IMG/VR virus record: IMGVR_UViG_3300032301_000913
Location: 1-64,000 of that record
DNA length: 64,000 nt
Origin: a virus
Taxonomy: Duplodnaviria > Caudoviricetes
Reading direction: 5' to 3' (one strand)
Positions 34,265 to 46,200 of this stretch are shown in pieces (position 1 is the first letter of the stretch; every line of letters starts with the position of its first letter). A model generated the notes under the pieces. That model ran no database searches, had not been told where the DNA came from, and was given only the letters and a program-made list of their open reading frames with translations. Made by a program: the position numbers and the translations under genes.

Positions 34265-34606
34265 TTGGAAAAATTTTCAATGGGCAGACATCTTCTATTA
34301 GAGGTGTACGAAGTTAACTCCGATCTTATCAATGATGCAATTGCTCTTGAAAAAGTAATGGTTGATGGAATTCAATTTGCTGGAATGACAATCTTAAATA
34401 TTTTTAGGCATTGTTTTGTTCCCCAAGGATGTACCATTGTAATCGCTCTTTCCGAAAGTCATGTGTCGTGCCATACTTGGCCGGAAGAGGGTTGTGTGGC
34501 AATAGATGTTTATACCTGTGGTGAAGGTAATCCAAAGTTTATTGCACTAGAACTATTAAAATACTTAAAGTCAACTACCTATTCTTTGCGCGAAGTAAAT
34601 CGTTAA
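34265..34606 (+). CDS. speD: S-adenosylmethionine decarboxylase proenzyme (class 1b)
   Basis: GRHLL...PQGCT...LSESHVSCHTWPE...DVYTCG; ES autocleavage site. Confidence 0.92.
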   Translation: MEKFSMGRHLLLEVYEVNSDLINDAIALEKVMVDGIQFAGMTILNIFRHCFVPQGCTIVIALSESHVSCHTWPEEGCVAIDVYTCGEGNPKFIALELLKYLKSTTYSLREVNR

Positions 34607-34670
34607 ATATGATTAGGAGATAGCAACCTCCTTCATAAAAGTTCTGTTTTTACAAAAAACAGGAGCTAAA

Positions 34671-34910
34671 ATGTCAAATTTACCGGTAGATAGAGATTCA
34701 GATTACATGAGAAAGATGTGGGGAACCACTAGATTGGTTACTGATTATGAAAAACCAAAGACCATTCAAGAAATCATGCACGATGAAATTCCATCAAGAA
34801 AGAAATATTTGAAAGAGCAACAGGAATTGCATGAAAAAATTCGCAATGATGAGGACTATGATGATTGGGAATATGGTACAGAACCATCCTATGGTTCTTC
34901 CTGGAAATGA
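34671..34910 (+). CDS. conserved cyanophage hypothetical protein
   Basis: ORF track; position upstream of gp25. Confidence 0.7.
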   Translation: MSNLPVDRDSDYMRKMWGTTRLVTDYEKPKTIQEIMHDEIPSRKKYLKEQQELHEKIRNDEDYDDWEYGTEPSYGSSWK

Positions 34911-34911
34911 G

Positions 34912-34919
34912 CATAAATA
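34912..34919 (+). promoter_or_regulatory. T4-type late promoter
   Basis: CATAAATA before gp25. Confidence 0.6.
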
Positions 34920-34942
34920 AAATATAGAAATTTTATTCCCGA

Positions 34943-35344
34943 ATGGTAGTACAAAGGATATCTAGATCATTTAAAGATATTAGTCTATCCTTTGTACCTC
35001 ATCCGGTGACAAAGGATCTACCTATACTTAAAAATGAAAGAGCGATTATCAGATCAATTCGAAATCTGGTAGAAACAATTCCAACAGAAAGATTTTTTAA
35101 TTCTCTTATTGGATCTGATATTCGCTCTAGTTTATTTGAATTTGTGGATTATGGTACTGCATCTATTGTGCAGAATCAAATTAAAACCACAATTACAAAC
35201 TATGAACCAAGAGTCAATAATGTTAAGGTGTCCGTAAATCCTAAACCAGATGATAATGCATTTGAAGTTACCGTTATATTTGATATTATTGGGCAAGAGA
35301 TTCCAACACAGCAATTCACATTCTTATTAGAGGCAACCAGATAA
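34943..35344 (+). CDS. g25: baseplate wedge subunit gp25
   Basis: FKDISLSF..HP...AIIRSIRNLV...ERFFN...YEPRV; synteny. Confidence 0.92.
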   Translation: MVVQRISRSFKDISLSFVPHPVTKDLPILKNERAIIRSIRNLVETIPTERFFNSLIGSDIRSSLFEFVDYGTASIVQNQIKTTITNYEPRVNNVKVSVNPKPDDNAFEVTVIFDIIGQEIPTQQFTFLLEATR

Positions 35345-35345
35345 A

Positions 35346-37244
35346 ATGCCTTTTACTAAATTTACCAATCTAGATTTTGATCAGATAAAGACATCCATCA
35401 AAGATTATCTCCGTGCTAACTCTACATTCACGGATTTTGACTTTGAGGGATCTAATTTTTCAGTACTATTAGATACGTTAGCATATAACACTTATATTAC
35501 TGCATTTAATTCGAATATGGTTGTAAATGAATCCTTTCTGGATTCTGCAACTCTGAGAGAGAATGTAGTTTCACTTGCAAGAAATATTGGATATGTTCCA
35601 CGTTCTAGAACTTCTTCGAAGGCTATTATATCATTCAGTGGTTTAGTTTCTTCAGAATTATCCACACCAACAATTACTTTAAATGCAGGTTTAGTTTGTG
35701 TAGGAACTGCAGATAATACATCATATACGTTTTCAGTACCAGATAACATTACTCGTCCAGTAGTAGACGGTATTGTAAAATTTAATAATATTGAAATTTA
35801 TCAAGGAACATTTCTAACAAAACAATTTGTAGTTGATGGATCTTTGGATCAAAGATTTCTTTTGGATAATACGAATATTGATACATCCACAATTTCAGTT
35901 TATGTTAAAGGTATCAATGATAGTGGACTTGGTTTAGAATATTCTTTGGTCGAAAATATTCTGAATATTAATTCAACGTCCGAAATCTATCTAATACAAG
36001 AAGTTCAAGATGAGAAGTATGAACTTCTCTTTGGTGATGGAAGATTTGGCAAAAAATTGGAGAATAATGCAGTTGTAACAGTTCATTATATTGTAACTAA
36101 TGGTTCCGAAGGAAATGGGTGTTCAAACTTTTCTTTTCAAGGAAATTCAAGATCATCCTCAGGTCAACCAGTATCATTGGGAACAGTAACTGTTACAACA
36201 AATCAGTCTTCTCAAAATGGTGCAGAAATTGAGGATATTACTTCAATCAAATATTTTGCACCAAGAATTTATTCTGCACAGTACAGAGCAGTAACTGCAA
36301 GAGATTATGAAGTAATTATCAAAAAAATATATCCAGATACCGAGTCTGTTGCAATTATTGGTGGAGAAGAATTAGATCCACCAGAATTTGGTAATGTCAT
36401 TATTAGCATTAAACCTAAAAATGGAACTTATGTGTCAGATTTTAATAAAGAATTGATTAAAAGTAAACTAAAGCAATATAGCATTTCTGGAATCAATCAA
36501 AAAATAATTGATCTCAAGATACTATATGTTGAAGTCGATTCTTCAATTTATTACAATACATCGCAGATATCTTCAATTGAGGATTTAAAGAGTAAAGTAT
36601 CAAACTCTTTGACAAAATATTCAGAATCATTAGACTTCAATAAATTTGGAGGAAGATTTAAATATAGTAAAGTACTTCAAATCATTGATAATACTGATAG
36701 TGCAATAACATCAAATATTACTAAAGTTAGAATAAGAAGAGATCTTAAGGCAATAACAAATCAATTTGCTCAATATGAAATATGTTTTGGAAATAAATTT
36801 CATGTCAATCCTGAAGGATATAATATAAAGTCCACTGGATTTAAAATTTCTACCGAAGTGGATACTGTGTATCTAACTGATATTCCTAATCCCGATAATT
36901 TGACTGGAATATTATCAATTGTTAAACCAACCACAATTGAAGGTAAAGTTCAGGTTGTTGTAAAATCTGCAGGTACTATAGATTATACGAAAGGTGAAAT
37001 TAAGTTAGGTACTGTTAAGATTGTTTCAACAAGTTTATCAAACGAGATTATTGAAATTCAAGCATTTCCCGAATCAAATGATGTGATTGGATTGAAAGAT
37101 TTATATTTAGTTTTTAATACTTCAAAAAGTTCAATAAATATGGTTAGAGACGTAGTTGCTTCTGGCGATGAAATATCTGGAACAGTATTTTCTAGAGATT
37201 TCTATACGTCAAGTTATCCAAATAGTAATCTGATACGAGCATAA
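35346..37244 (+). CDS. g6: baseplate wedge subunit gp6
   Basis: LDFDQIK...DFDFEGSN...LDSA.LRENVVSLARNIGYVP; RAVTARDY. Confidence 0.95.
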   Translation: MPFTKFTNLDFDQIKTSIKDYLRANSTFTDFDFEGSNFSVLLDTLAYNTYITAFNSNMVVNESFLDSATLRENVVSLARNIGYVPRSRTSSKAIISFSGLVSSELSTPTITLNAGLVCVGTADNTSYTFSVPDNITRPVVDGIVKFNNIEIYQGTFLTKQFVVDGSLDQRFLLDNTNIDTSTISVYVKGINDSGLGLEYSLVENILNINSTSEIYLIQEVQDEKYELLFGDGRFGKKLENNAVVTVHYIVTNGSEGNGCSNFSFQGNSRSSSGQPVSLGTVTVTTNQSSQNGAEIEDITSIKYFAPRIYSAQYRAVTARDYEVIIKKIYPDTESVAIIGGEELDPPEFGNVIISIKPKNGTYVSDFNKELIKSKLKQYSISGINQKIIDLKILYVEVDSSIYYNTSQISSIEDLKSKVSNSLTKYSESLDFNKFGGRFKYSKVLQIIDNTDSAITSNITKVRIRRDLKAITNQFAQYEICFGNKFHVNPEGYNIKSTGFKISTEVDTVYLTDIPNPDNLTGILSIVKPTTIEGKVQVVVKSAGTIDYTKGEIKLGTVKIVSTSLSNEIIEIQAFPESNDVIGLKDLYLVFNTSKSSINMVRDVVASGDEISGTVFSRDFYTSSYPNSNLIRA

Positions 37245-37245
37245 T

Positions 37246-40200
37246 ATGGTAGGGACTGGGTTTGAATCTAGAGTTAAAGTACAACAAATAATTCAAAATC
37301 AACTTCCAGAATTTATACTGGATGAGAGCCCTAATACGGCAGAATTTTTAAAGCAATATTATATTTCTCAGGAATATCAGGGAGGACCTGTAGATATTGC
37401 TGAGAATCTAGATCAGTACTTAAAACTTGACAATCTTACTCCAGAAGTTATTATAGGTAAAGTTGGACTTACTACTAATATTGATTCTAATGCAGGAATT
37501 ATTACAGTAACAAGTACAAAGGGATTTCCTCAAAAATATGGTTTAATTAAAATTGATGACGAAATTATTACCTATACCGGAATAACAACAAATACATTTA
37601 CCGGATGTATTCGTGGATTTAGTGGGGTTACTAATTATCATCAAGATTTAAATTATGAAGAATTAGTATTTTCTGAGTCTGAGAAGGTATCACATACCAA
37701 AAATACTTCAGTAGAAAATTTAAGTTCACTATTTTTAAAGGAATTTTATAAAAAGTTAAAATCATCATTAACTCCAGGATTGGAGAATAATGATTTTGTT
37801 TCTGATTTAAATGTTGGAAACTTTATAAAAAATGCAAGATCATTTTATCAATCTAAAGGTACTGATGAATCTTTTAGAATTTTATTCAATGTTCTCTATG
37901 GAGTAACACCAAAAGTAGTAAATTTAGAAGAATTTCTAATTAAACCATCCTCCGCAGATTTTATAAGAAGAGAGGTTGTGGTGGCAGAAAGAATTTCTGG
38001 AGATCCTACAAAATTAGTTGGACAGACTATTAAAAAATCTACAGATACCATTACTAGTGCATCAGTATCCGAAGTAGAAACATTTACTAGAAAAAATAAG
38101 CAATATTTTAAAATTTCACTTTTTGTTGGATATAATGAATTTTCTGCGGTAGAAGGTAATTTTACAATTACACCAAATACAAAATGTTTGGAAGATGTTC
38201 AAATTGGATCTTCCATAATCAGTGTAGATTCTACAATAGGATTTCCAAAATCTGGAACTCTTTTTTCTGGAAATAATGTAATTTCATATACAAGTAAAAG
38301 TATTAATCAATTTTTTGGTTGCAGTGGAATTAAATATGCAATTTCATTGAGTGCTGATATAAGATCTGATGAGATTTATTATGGGTATGAGGATGGTGAT
38401 GTTACTAATGTTACTAAAAAGGTAGAATTTCGGTTGACGGGAGTATTATCCAAATTTAAACAAATTTCAGAATCTTTAACTGTTAGTGAGGGTGATGAAA
38501 TTTATGTCAAAAATCTTGGCGAAATTATTAAAAATCCATCAGAAAATAAATCATATAAACAAATTTTTGCAAATTCCTGGATATACAATACAAGTTCTAG
38601 ATATAAAGTAACTAGCATAAATGGATCTGCATTCGTATTAAGTAGTTCAATTGATAAGTCCAGTTTAAAAGTCGGAGATCAAGTAGAAATTGTTGAAAGA
38701 GGTACTAATAATATACTTTCAAATCCATTAAATTTGCCTTATGTTTCAGTAATTGTTTCTGATACACAAGTCAATTTAAATAATCTTTCTGGATTTGTTG
38801 TAAATGATAAGGAAGAATATGATTTAAGAAGAAAGATTAATAAGGCAAGCAGTTCAGTAGTTCCTATTGAATTTGGAAATAATGCAATTATTTCTGATAT
38901 ACAAAATGTATATAATCAAAATGATGAGTATATGTATGTTGCATCAAATTCATTACCATCAAATAATAATGGATTAACAATTCCCTATACATATCAGATA
39001 ACGAAAAACATTAATACTGTTAATGTTAGTGGATTGAGTGATCAGATTTCTAGTGGAAGATATTCTACATTATTATTCAATGATACTGTACCATTCATAA
39101 ATGGTGATAGAGTTTATTACTCTCCCCCAGAAAATTCTACTTTGGATCTGGAAACTGGGAGTTATTATGTTCAAGTATTGTCGCCAGGAAATAAGATAAG
39201 ATTATATGGATCAAAAGCATTTGTTGGTGGAAATCAAAATGTAACTTTTGCTAATGTCAATTTCACATCCGAAACACATGAATTGGTATTGTATTCTCAA
39301 AAGTCATCAGAAATATCTGCTCAAAAACTTCTCAAAAAATATCCATTAAATCCAAATATTAAAAATGGTGGTAGTGAGGTGACGATTCCTGGGTCGATTG
39401 GAATGTTAATTAATGGTGTTGAGATTAAGAATTATAAATCCGATAATAAGATTTACTATGGTCCATTAGAATCGGTTAGTGTATTGAATGGTGGAAATAA
39501 ATATGATGTTATCAATCCACCATTAGTTACTGTATCTTCTGGAGAGGGAATAACTGCATTAGTTCAACCAGTAATCAGTGGAAGCATTGATAGAGTTTAT
39601 ATTGATAGCCAGGATTTTGACATTGGTAAAATAATTTCAATTGATGTAACTGGTGGAAATGGTGGAGGAACTAATCTAGAACCAATAATTAAAAAGAGAG
39701 CACGAGAAGTTTATTTCGATGCCAGAATGACTAAAGGTATTAATATTTCAAATGATACAATTCAATTTTTAACCAATCACAATTTTACAAGTGGTGATCC
39801 AATAATTTATAATTCAAATGGAAATTTGCCTTTGGGAATAGGAACATATTTGGGATCAAATCAAGATCAAAATAAAACTTTAACAAATAATGCTACTTAT
39901 TATGCAAAAGTTGATAACAGTAGTACAATAAGATTATACTCAACTTTTTCAGATTATTCTTCAGGAATTAATACTGTTGGATTTACCACAACAAATACTT
40001 CAGGTATTCATAAGTTTATAACCATATCAAATAAAAACACTCTTTCAGAAGTTAAAGTAATTAGTGGTGGAAGTGGATATACAAATAGAAAATTAATTGT
40101 AAATCCAACGGGAATATCTACAATTAATCATACCATTAGTTTCAATAATCATGGATTTAATGATGGAGAACTAGTTGTATATAATTATCAAACATCGACA

Positions 40201-43200
40201 ATATCCGGAATTTCAACCACAAATCAATATTATATTTTAAAATTTGATAATAATTCTTTCAGATTATGTGATGCTGGAATTGCGGGTACAAATAGAACTA
40301 ATTACATTAGAAAAAATTATATAAAATTTTCTTCTATTGGATCTGGATATCAGTATTTCAATTATCCAAAAATTTCAGTTTCTATACAATATTCTCCAGT
40401 AGGAATTGAAGATTCTATACAATCTATTACTGCAACTCCAGTAGTTAGAGGGAGTATTATTGATGCATACCTATATGAGAGTGGGACGGGATATGGATCG
40501 TCAATATTAAATCTTCATAAAAAACCTATTATAAAAATAAAGACCGGAAAAGAGTCTCAAATAAGTCCAGTTATTATAAATGGATCAATTTCTGCAGTAA
40601 ATGTAAAATACGGAGGATATGAGTATTATTCAATTCCAGATTTAATTGTGGAAGATTTTAGTGGATCTGGATCTGGAGCAGAACTTAGAGCAATTGTAAT
40701 TGACAATAAAATTAGATCAGTAAGTATTATAAATCCTGGAATTGGTTACTCTAGTTCATCAACTACTGTTAAAGTTGTACCTGCAGGATTAAACGCAATT
40801 TTTGACTCAACAGTTAGAGCCTTAAGAGTAAATAATGTTGAAAGATTTGGAGATGAATTATTAATTGAATCTGATAATAAATTGCAATATTCAATTTGTG
40901 GATATTACAATACTCTAAGATTGTCTCTGAATGATGATGGTACGCAACATTCCCCGATAATTGGATGGGCATATGATGGTAATCCAGTATATGGTGCATA
41001 TGGGTATACTGATAAAGAAGATCCCAATACGCAACAAAAATTATTAACTTCTGGATATGAATTGAATACTTCCAATATATTCAATAGACCTATAGGATTT
41101 TCTGATGGATTTTTTGTAGAAGACTACCGATATACGAATTCTGGGGATTTGGATCAAAATAATGGAAGATTTGGAAAAACTCCAGAATTTCCAAATGGTG
41201 TTTATGCATACTTTGCACCAATTGCTGAGGGAACTTTTAAATCAATATTTCCTTATTTTATTGGAAATACTTATAGATCAAATATAATTAAAGAAAACTT
41301 GAATATTAGTCAAAATTATGACTTTAATAATTCAACCTTATTAAGAAATACTTTCCCATATAAAATTTCTGATCGATATGCAGATTACGATTTCCTAGTA
41401 GAATCTGACGAAATTTTAAATCAAAAGACAATTATAGAATCTGTATCCGATGGATATGTTAATTCGATTGATATTCTAAATTCGGGATCAGATTATAAAG
41501 TAAATGATATATTACAATTTGATGATACTGGAACTGATGGTGGAGGATTAATTGCAAAAGTATCCTCATTAAAGGGGAAGGATATTGTAAAAGTAGATAC
41601 TACAGTAGAAAGTTATGAAAATGCTATTTTCAATTGGGTTGATAGTAATCAAATAAAAGTTTCAATCTTACCAAATCATAACTTGGTAGATAATGATTAT
41701 GTCATAATTTCCGGATTTTCAACAGATTTATCAAATTTAAATGGATCATATAAAATAGGAATTACATCACAATATTCAAATGTATTAAAGGACATTCCAG
41801 CATCTACTGTAGGATTATCTACTGAAATATATGTGACACAATTACCTTCTGAGGCAGTGTCAGTAGGAAGTAGCATCAAAATTGGTTCAGAAACATTACA
41901 AATTTTGGAAGTATTTAAAAATCTGAATATATTGAAAGTGCAGAGAGGATTGACTGGAATATCACATACCGCAACTACACCAATTTATTTTACTCCAGAT
42001 TCATTTATAATTTCCAAGAATATTGATTATTTCGAATCAAATCTTAATAGTAAAATTTATTTTAATCCAACAAAATCAATTGGGATTGGAACTGAAGTTG
42101 GAATTACATCATCAATAACATTTCAATTTGGAGATTCAAATATTACAAGAACTATTCCTACTCAAGGAATTTATATTGATAATCATGGATTTAAAACAAA
42201 TCAACAAATTATTTTCAGAAGATCAATATCGGAGTACATTTCAGTATCAACCTCCCCGACTGGAATTCCAGTAAATATACCTACTAGTGGAAATTCTCAA
42301 ACTTTTTATGCAGTAAATAAAAATAAAAATACTATTGGAATAAAAACTTCTATTAATTCTCCAGAATTATTCTTTATTAGTCTTAATAGTGGGAATGATG
42401 ATGAGAAATATTCATTTGAAAGTACATATTCGCAAGTAGTTGGAAAGGTTGAAAGAATAAAATCAACAGTTTCAGTTTCAACTTCTCATGAATTATCAAA
42501 TGGCGATAATATACTTCTTAAAGTACAACCAAGTCTTTCAGTAGGAATTGGTACATCAATATCAGTATATGTCAAAAGAAATTCAACTACTGGAAATATT
42601 CTAATTAATCCCATTGGATTTAACTCTACTGGAATTAATACCTTAACGAGCACAATTACAATCAATTTACACAATTTGAATACTGGGGATAAGGTACATT
42701 ATTCATCAGATTTGGTTGCCTCAGGATTATCAACTAATTCATACTATGTTTATAAGATTAATGATAATAAGATTAAACTTTCCGAAACCTACATTGATTC
42801 CAAAACTATTCCCCCAATTACGATAAGTATTGGAAGCACTGGAGGAAAAAATCATATAATCTCTCCAATAAATCCACAAATCATATCGATAAAAAATAAT
42901 AATCTAATATTTAATCTAAGCGATTCGTCTTTGAGTGGATATAAATTTAAGATCTATTATGATCAAGAATTTAATAATGAATTTGTTTCTACTGCAAAAA
43001 CAACTGGTTTTACTCTTTCTGGTGTAGGAACTGTTGGGGTCTCTTCTACAGCATCACTAAAGATTAATTATGATTCATCATTGCCAACAAAATTATATTA
43101 TAGTCTAGAAAAAAATGGATACATAAGCACTTCTGATACTTCGGTTGATAATTATTCTGAAATATTATTTACAAATAGTGCATATGATTCCCATTTAAAT

Positions 43201-46200
43201 CGCAATATTTTTGGAGTTGGATCAACTACTTTTAGTTTTTCTTTAAATAGAATTCCCGAAAAATTATCATATTTTCAAAATGAATGTGAAACTTTAGAGT
43301 ATAGTACAAACTCCGTATCAGCAAAAGGTCCTATCAATAAAATTAATATTATTTCTGGAGGAACTGACTATAAAAAATTGCCAGTTTTCAAAGGATCTAA
43401 TTCGGTTAGTGGTAAAGATGCATATCTCATTCCAAAATCAAATACAATAGGAAATATAAAAGAATTTAGAATTACAAACGAAGGATTTGAATATTCTTCG
43501 GATAAAACATTACAACCATTTGCACACATATCACCACTAATTACAATAGAAAACTCAGATACTATTGGAGTTGTTACAGTAACTAATGGTGGAACAAATT
43601 ATATAAACTCACCAACAATAGTAATTGTAGATACTATAACTGGGAAAAAAATTGATAGTGGTGTATTAGAAGCAAAATTAGCAGACAATACCATTTCTTC
43701 AGTAAATATATTACAAAGTCCAAAGGGATTGCCTTCCACATCAGTTAGATTGTCTGCCACAAATAATACTAATGGAGTTAGCATACGAAGTGTAGAATCA
43801 TCTTCTACTGGAATTTTTACTTGTTATATAACTACACCAATATTGGGATACTCAACTCCACCATTTAGTATTGGTGATAAAGTTTTCATTGAGGGAATAG
43901 TAAAATCCGGAACTACTGGTACGGGATTTAATTCGGAAGATTATGGATATGAATTCTTTACAGTATCAAATTACCAACAAACTAATCCGGATAAAGTAAC
44001 AATTAATATTTCTAAATTAACATCAAATACTGGAGTAGCAAATGTAATTCAAGATTCATTTGCATCGATTATACATTCTAATAATTATCCAAGTTTTGAG
44101 ATAACTCAAGAACCATCATACTTTTTAGTTGGTGAAAAAATTATTTCAAATAATATTGAAAGAGATTTAATTATTACTAATAGTAGTGAGACATCTATTA
44201 AAGTATTTGGTTCTTATGAATTATCTCCGGAAGAAGTTATTAAAGGTAAGGAATCTGGAAATATAGCAACTATAAAAAAAATTGAAAATAATCTAGGAAT
44301 GTTTGATGTTGGATATTCTATAAGAAAGGATATTGGTTGGTCGAATGATATTGGAAAATTGGATTATGATAATCAATCAATACCAGATAATGATTACTAC
44401 CAAAATCTTTCCTATACGGTAAAAAGCCCCTTAGAGTATGAAAAGTTGAAAACTAGTATCAATAATTTACTTCATACTAGTGGACTCAAAAACTTTGCAG
44501 ATACTGGAATTACATCTACTGCAAGTTCTCAAATAACCGGAAATACTGTAGATTCACTTATACTCGATGTTGTCAATGAGACGAGAGTTGACACTGTATA
44601 TAATTTTGACCTTGTGAAGGATATTGATGTATTAGATACATACTCCAAAATGATAAAATTGGAAAATACTATATTAACACCTTATATTAAATGTGGAAAT
44701 AATGTAGTTTTGGCAATTGATAATATAAATCGAGAATTTTCTAATTTGGAAACGGAACCTAGCGAATTTTTAAATATTTTAAAATTGGAATCGAGCGATT
44801 CATACAATAATATATTATTCAGAATTTCAAATATTGATAATACAAAAATTCAATTAACAGAATTGGTAATATTGAATAATACAATTGATACTTTCTTATT
44901 GACTAAGAATTCTATATCAAATACTGGAGAACAATTTGGAGAATTTTCAATATTTACTGATGAATTTGGAGACTCTTATTTGAGATTTAATCCAACTAAT
45001 CCATATGACAATGATTATGATCTAAAGAACATTAAAACTAGATTCAATACAATTTTTGCAGGAATAGGAACACAATCAATAGGATTTGTTGATCTGATCG
45101 GGTCGAATTCTGAGGCACAATCTGGAATAACGACATCAATCATATCAGTACAAAAAAATAAATTAGAATCTTTATATGCTGATATACAAGTGATTGATCC
45201 TATAACAAATAAGATGAATTTTGTAGAATTGTATCTTGCTCATGATGGAACTAATACTTATATTTCAGAATATTATGTTGATTCAGAATCTCAAACAGGA
45301 AATTATTCTGGAAATTTTATAGGATCATTTAGTTCAACAATATCTTCAGGAATACTGTCTTTAAATTTCAATAATACTAGTACAAATAAAGTTAAAATTG
45401 GATCAAAAATTGTTGGATTTGGATCAACCGCAATTGGCATTGGTACTTATAGGTTTAAACAAAGTGGACAAATTGCAGGAAATGAGAGAACGGCAAAATA
45501 TGAGTCAAAATATCAATCTAATGTCTCTACAGCATCAACAGATATAATTTCACTGAACAAAAATGATTTTAATGCTGTCAAATCATTAGTAAAGGTAAGT
45601 TACGGATCTACAATTTCTCTTCACCATGTTTCATTGCTTCATGATACTATTAATATCTTTATAGAGCAGTCGCCATTTCTTTCTGTAGGAAGCATTACTG
45701 GAATAGGAACATTTGGTGGAGAATATTCTGGAAGTAATGTTATATTAAAATTTTACAAATCTCCAGAAGTTACCGATACTGTTAATGTTTCATCATTTAA
45801 TCAATGCTTGTATACAGTAATTGATGGTGTAAATATTCCACCAAATTTAATCTATGGTACTCTAACTGACTCAGTTGAAGTTAATTCATATAATGCAATT
45901 AATGGGGGTAGGATTAATAAAACTGCCTTCAGTATGACTTCCAATCAATATCCAATTTTTGCAAAAACGTTCAATCCATCAAATACATCAATATTAAACA
46001 CATCTACTGGAACATTTACAATAGATAATCATTTCTTTAGTAACGGTGAAAGATTAATATACACTCCAAAATCAACTTATATTGGAGTTTTTGCTAGTGC
46101 CCTTATGGTTGGAGTCTCACCACTTCCATCCGAAGTTTATGTTATTAGAGAGGATTCGAGTAATTTTAGATTGGCGCTTACAAAAAATGATGCTTTAACT

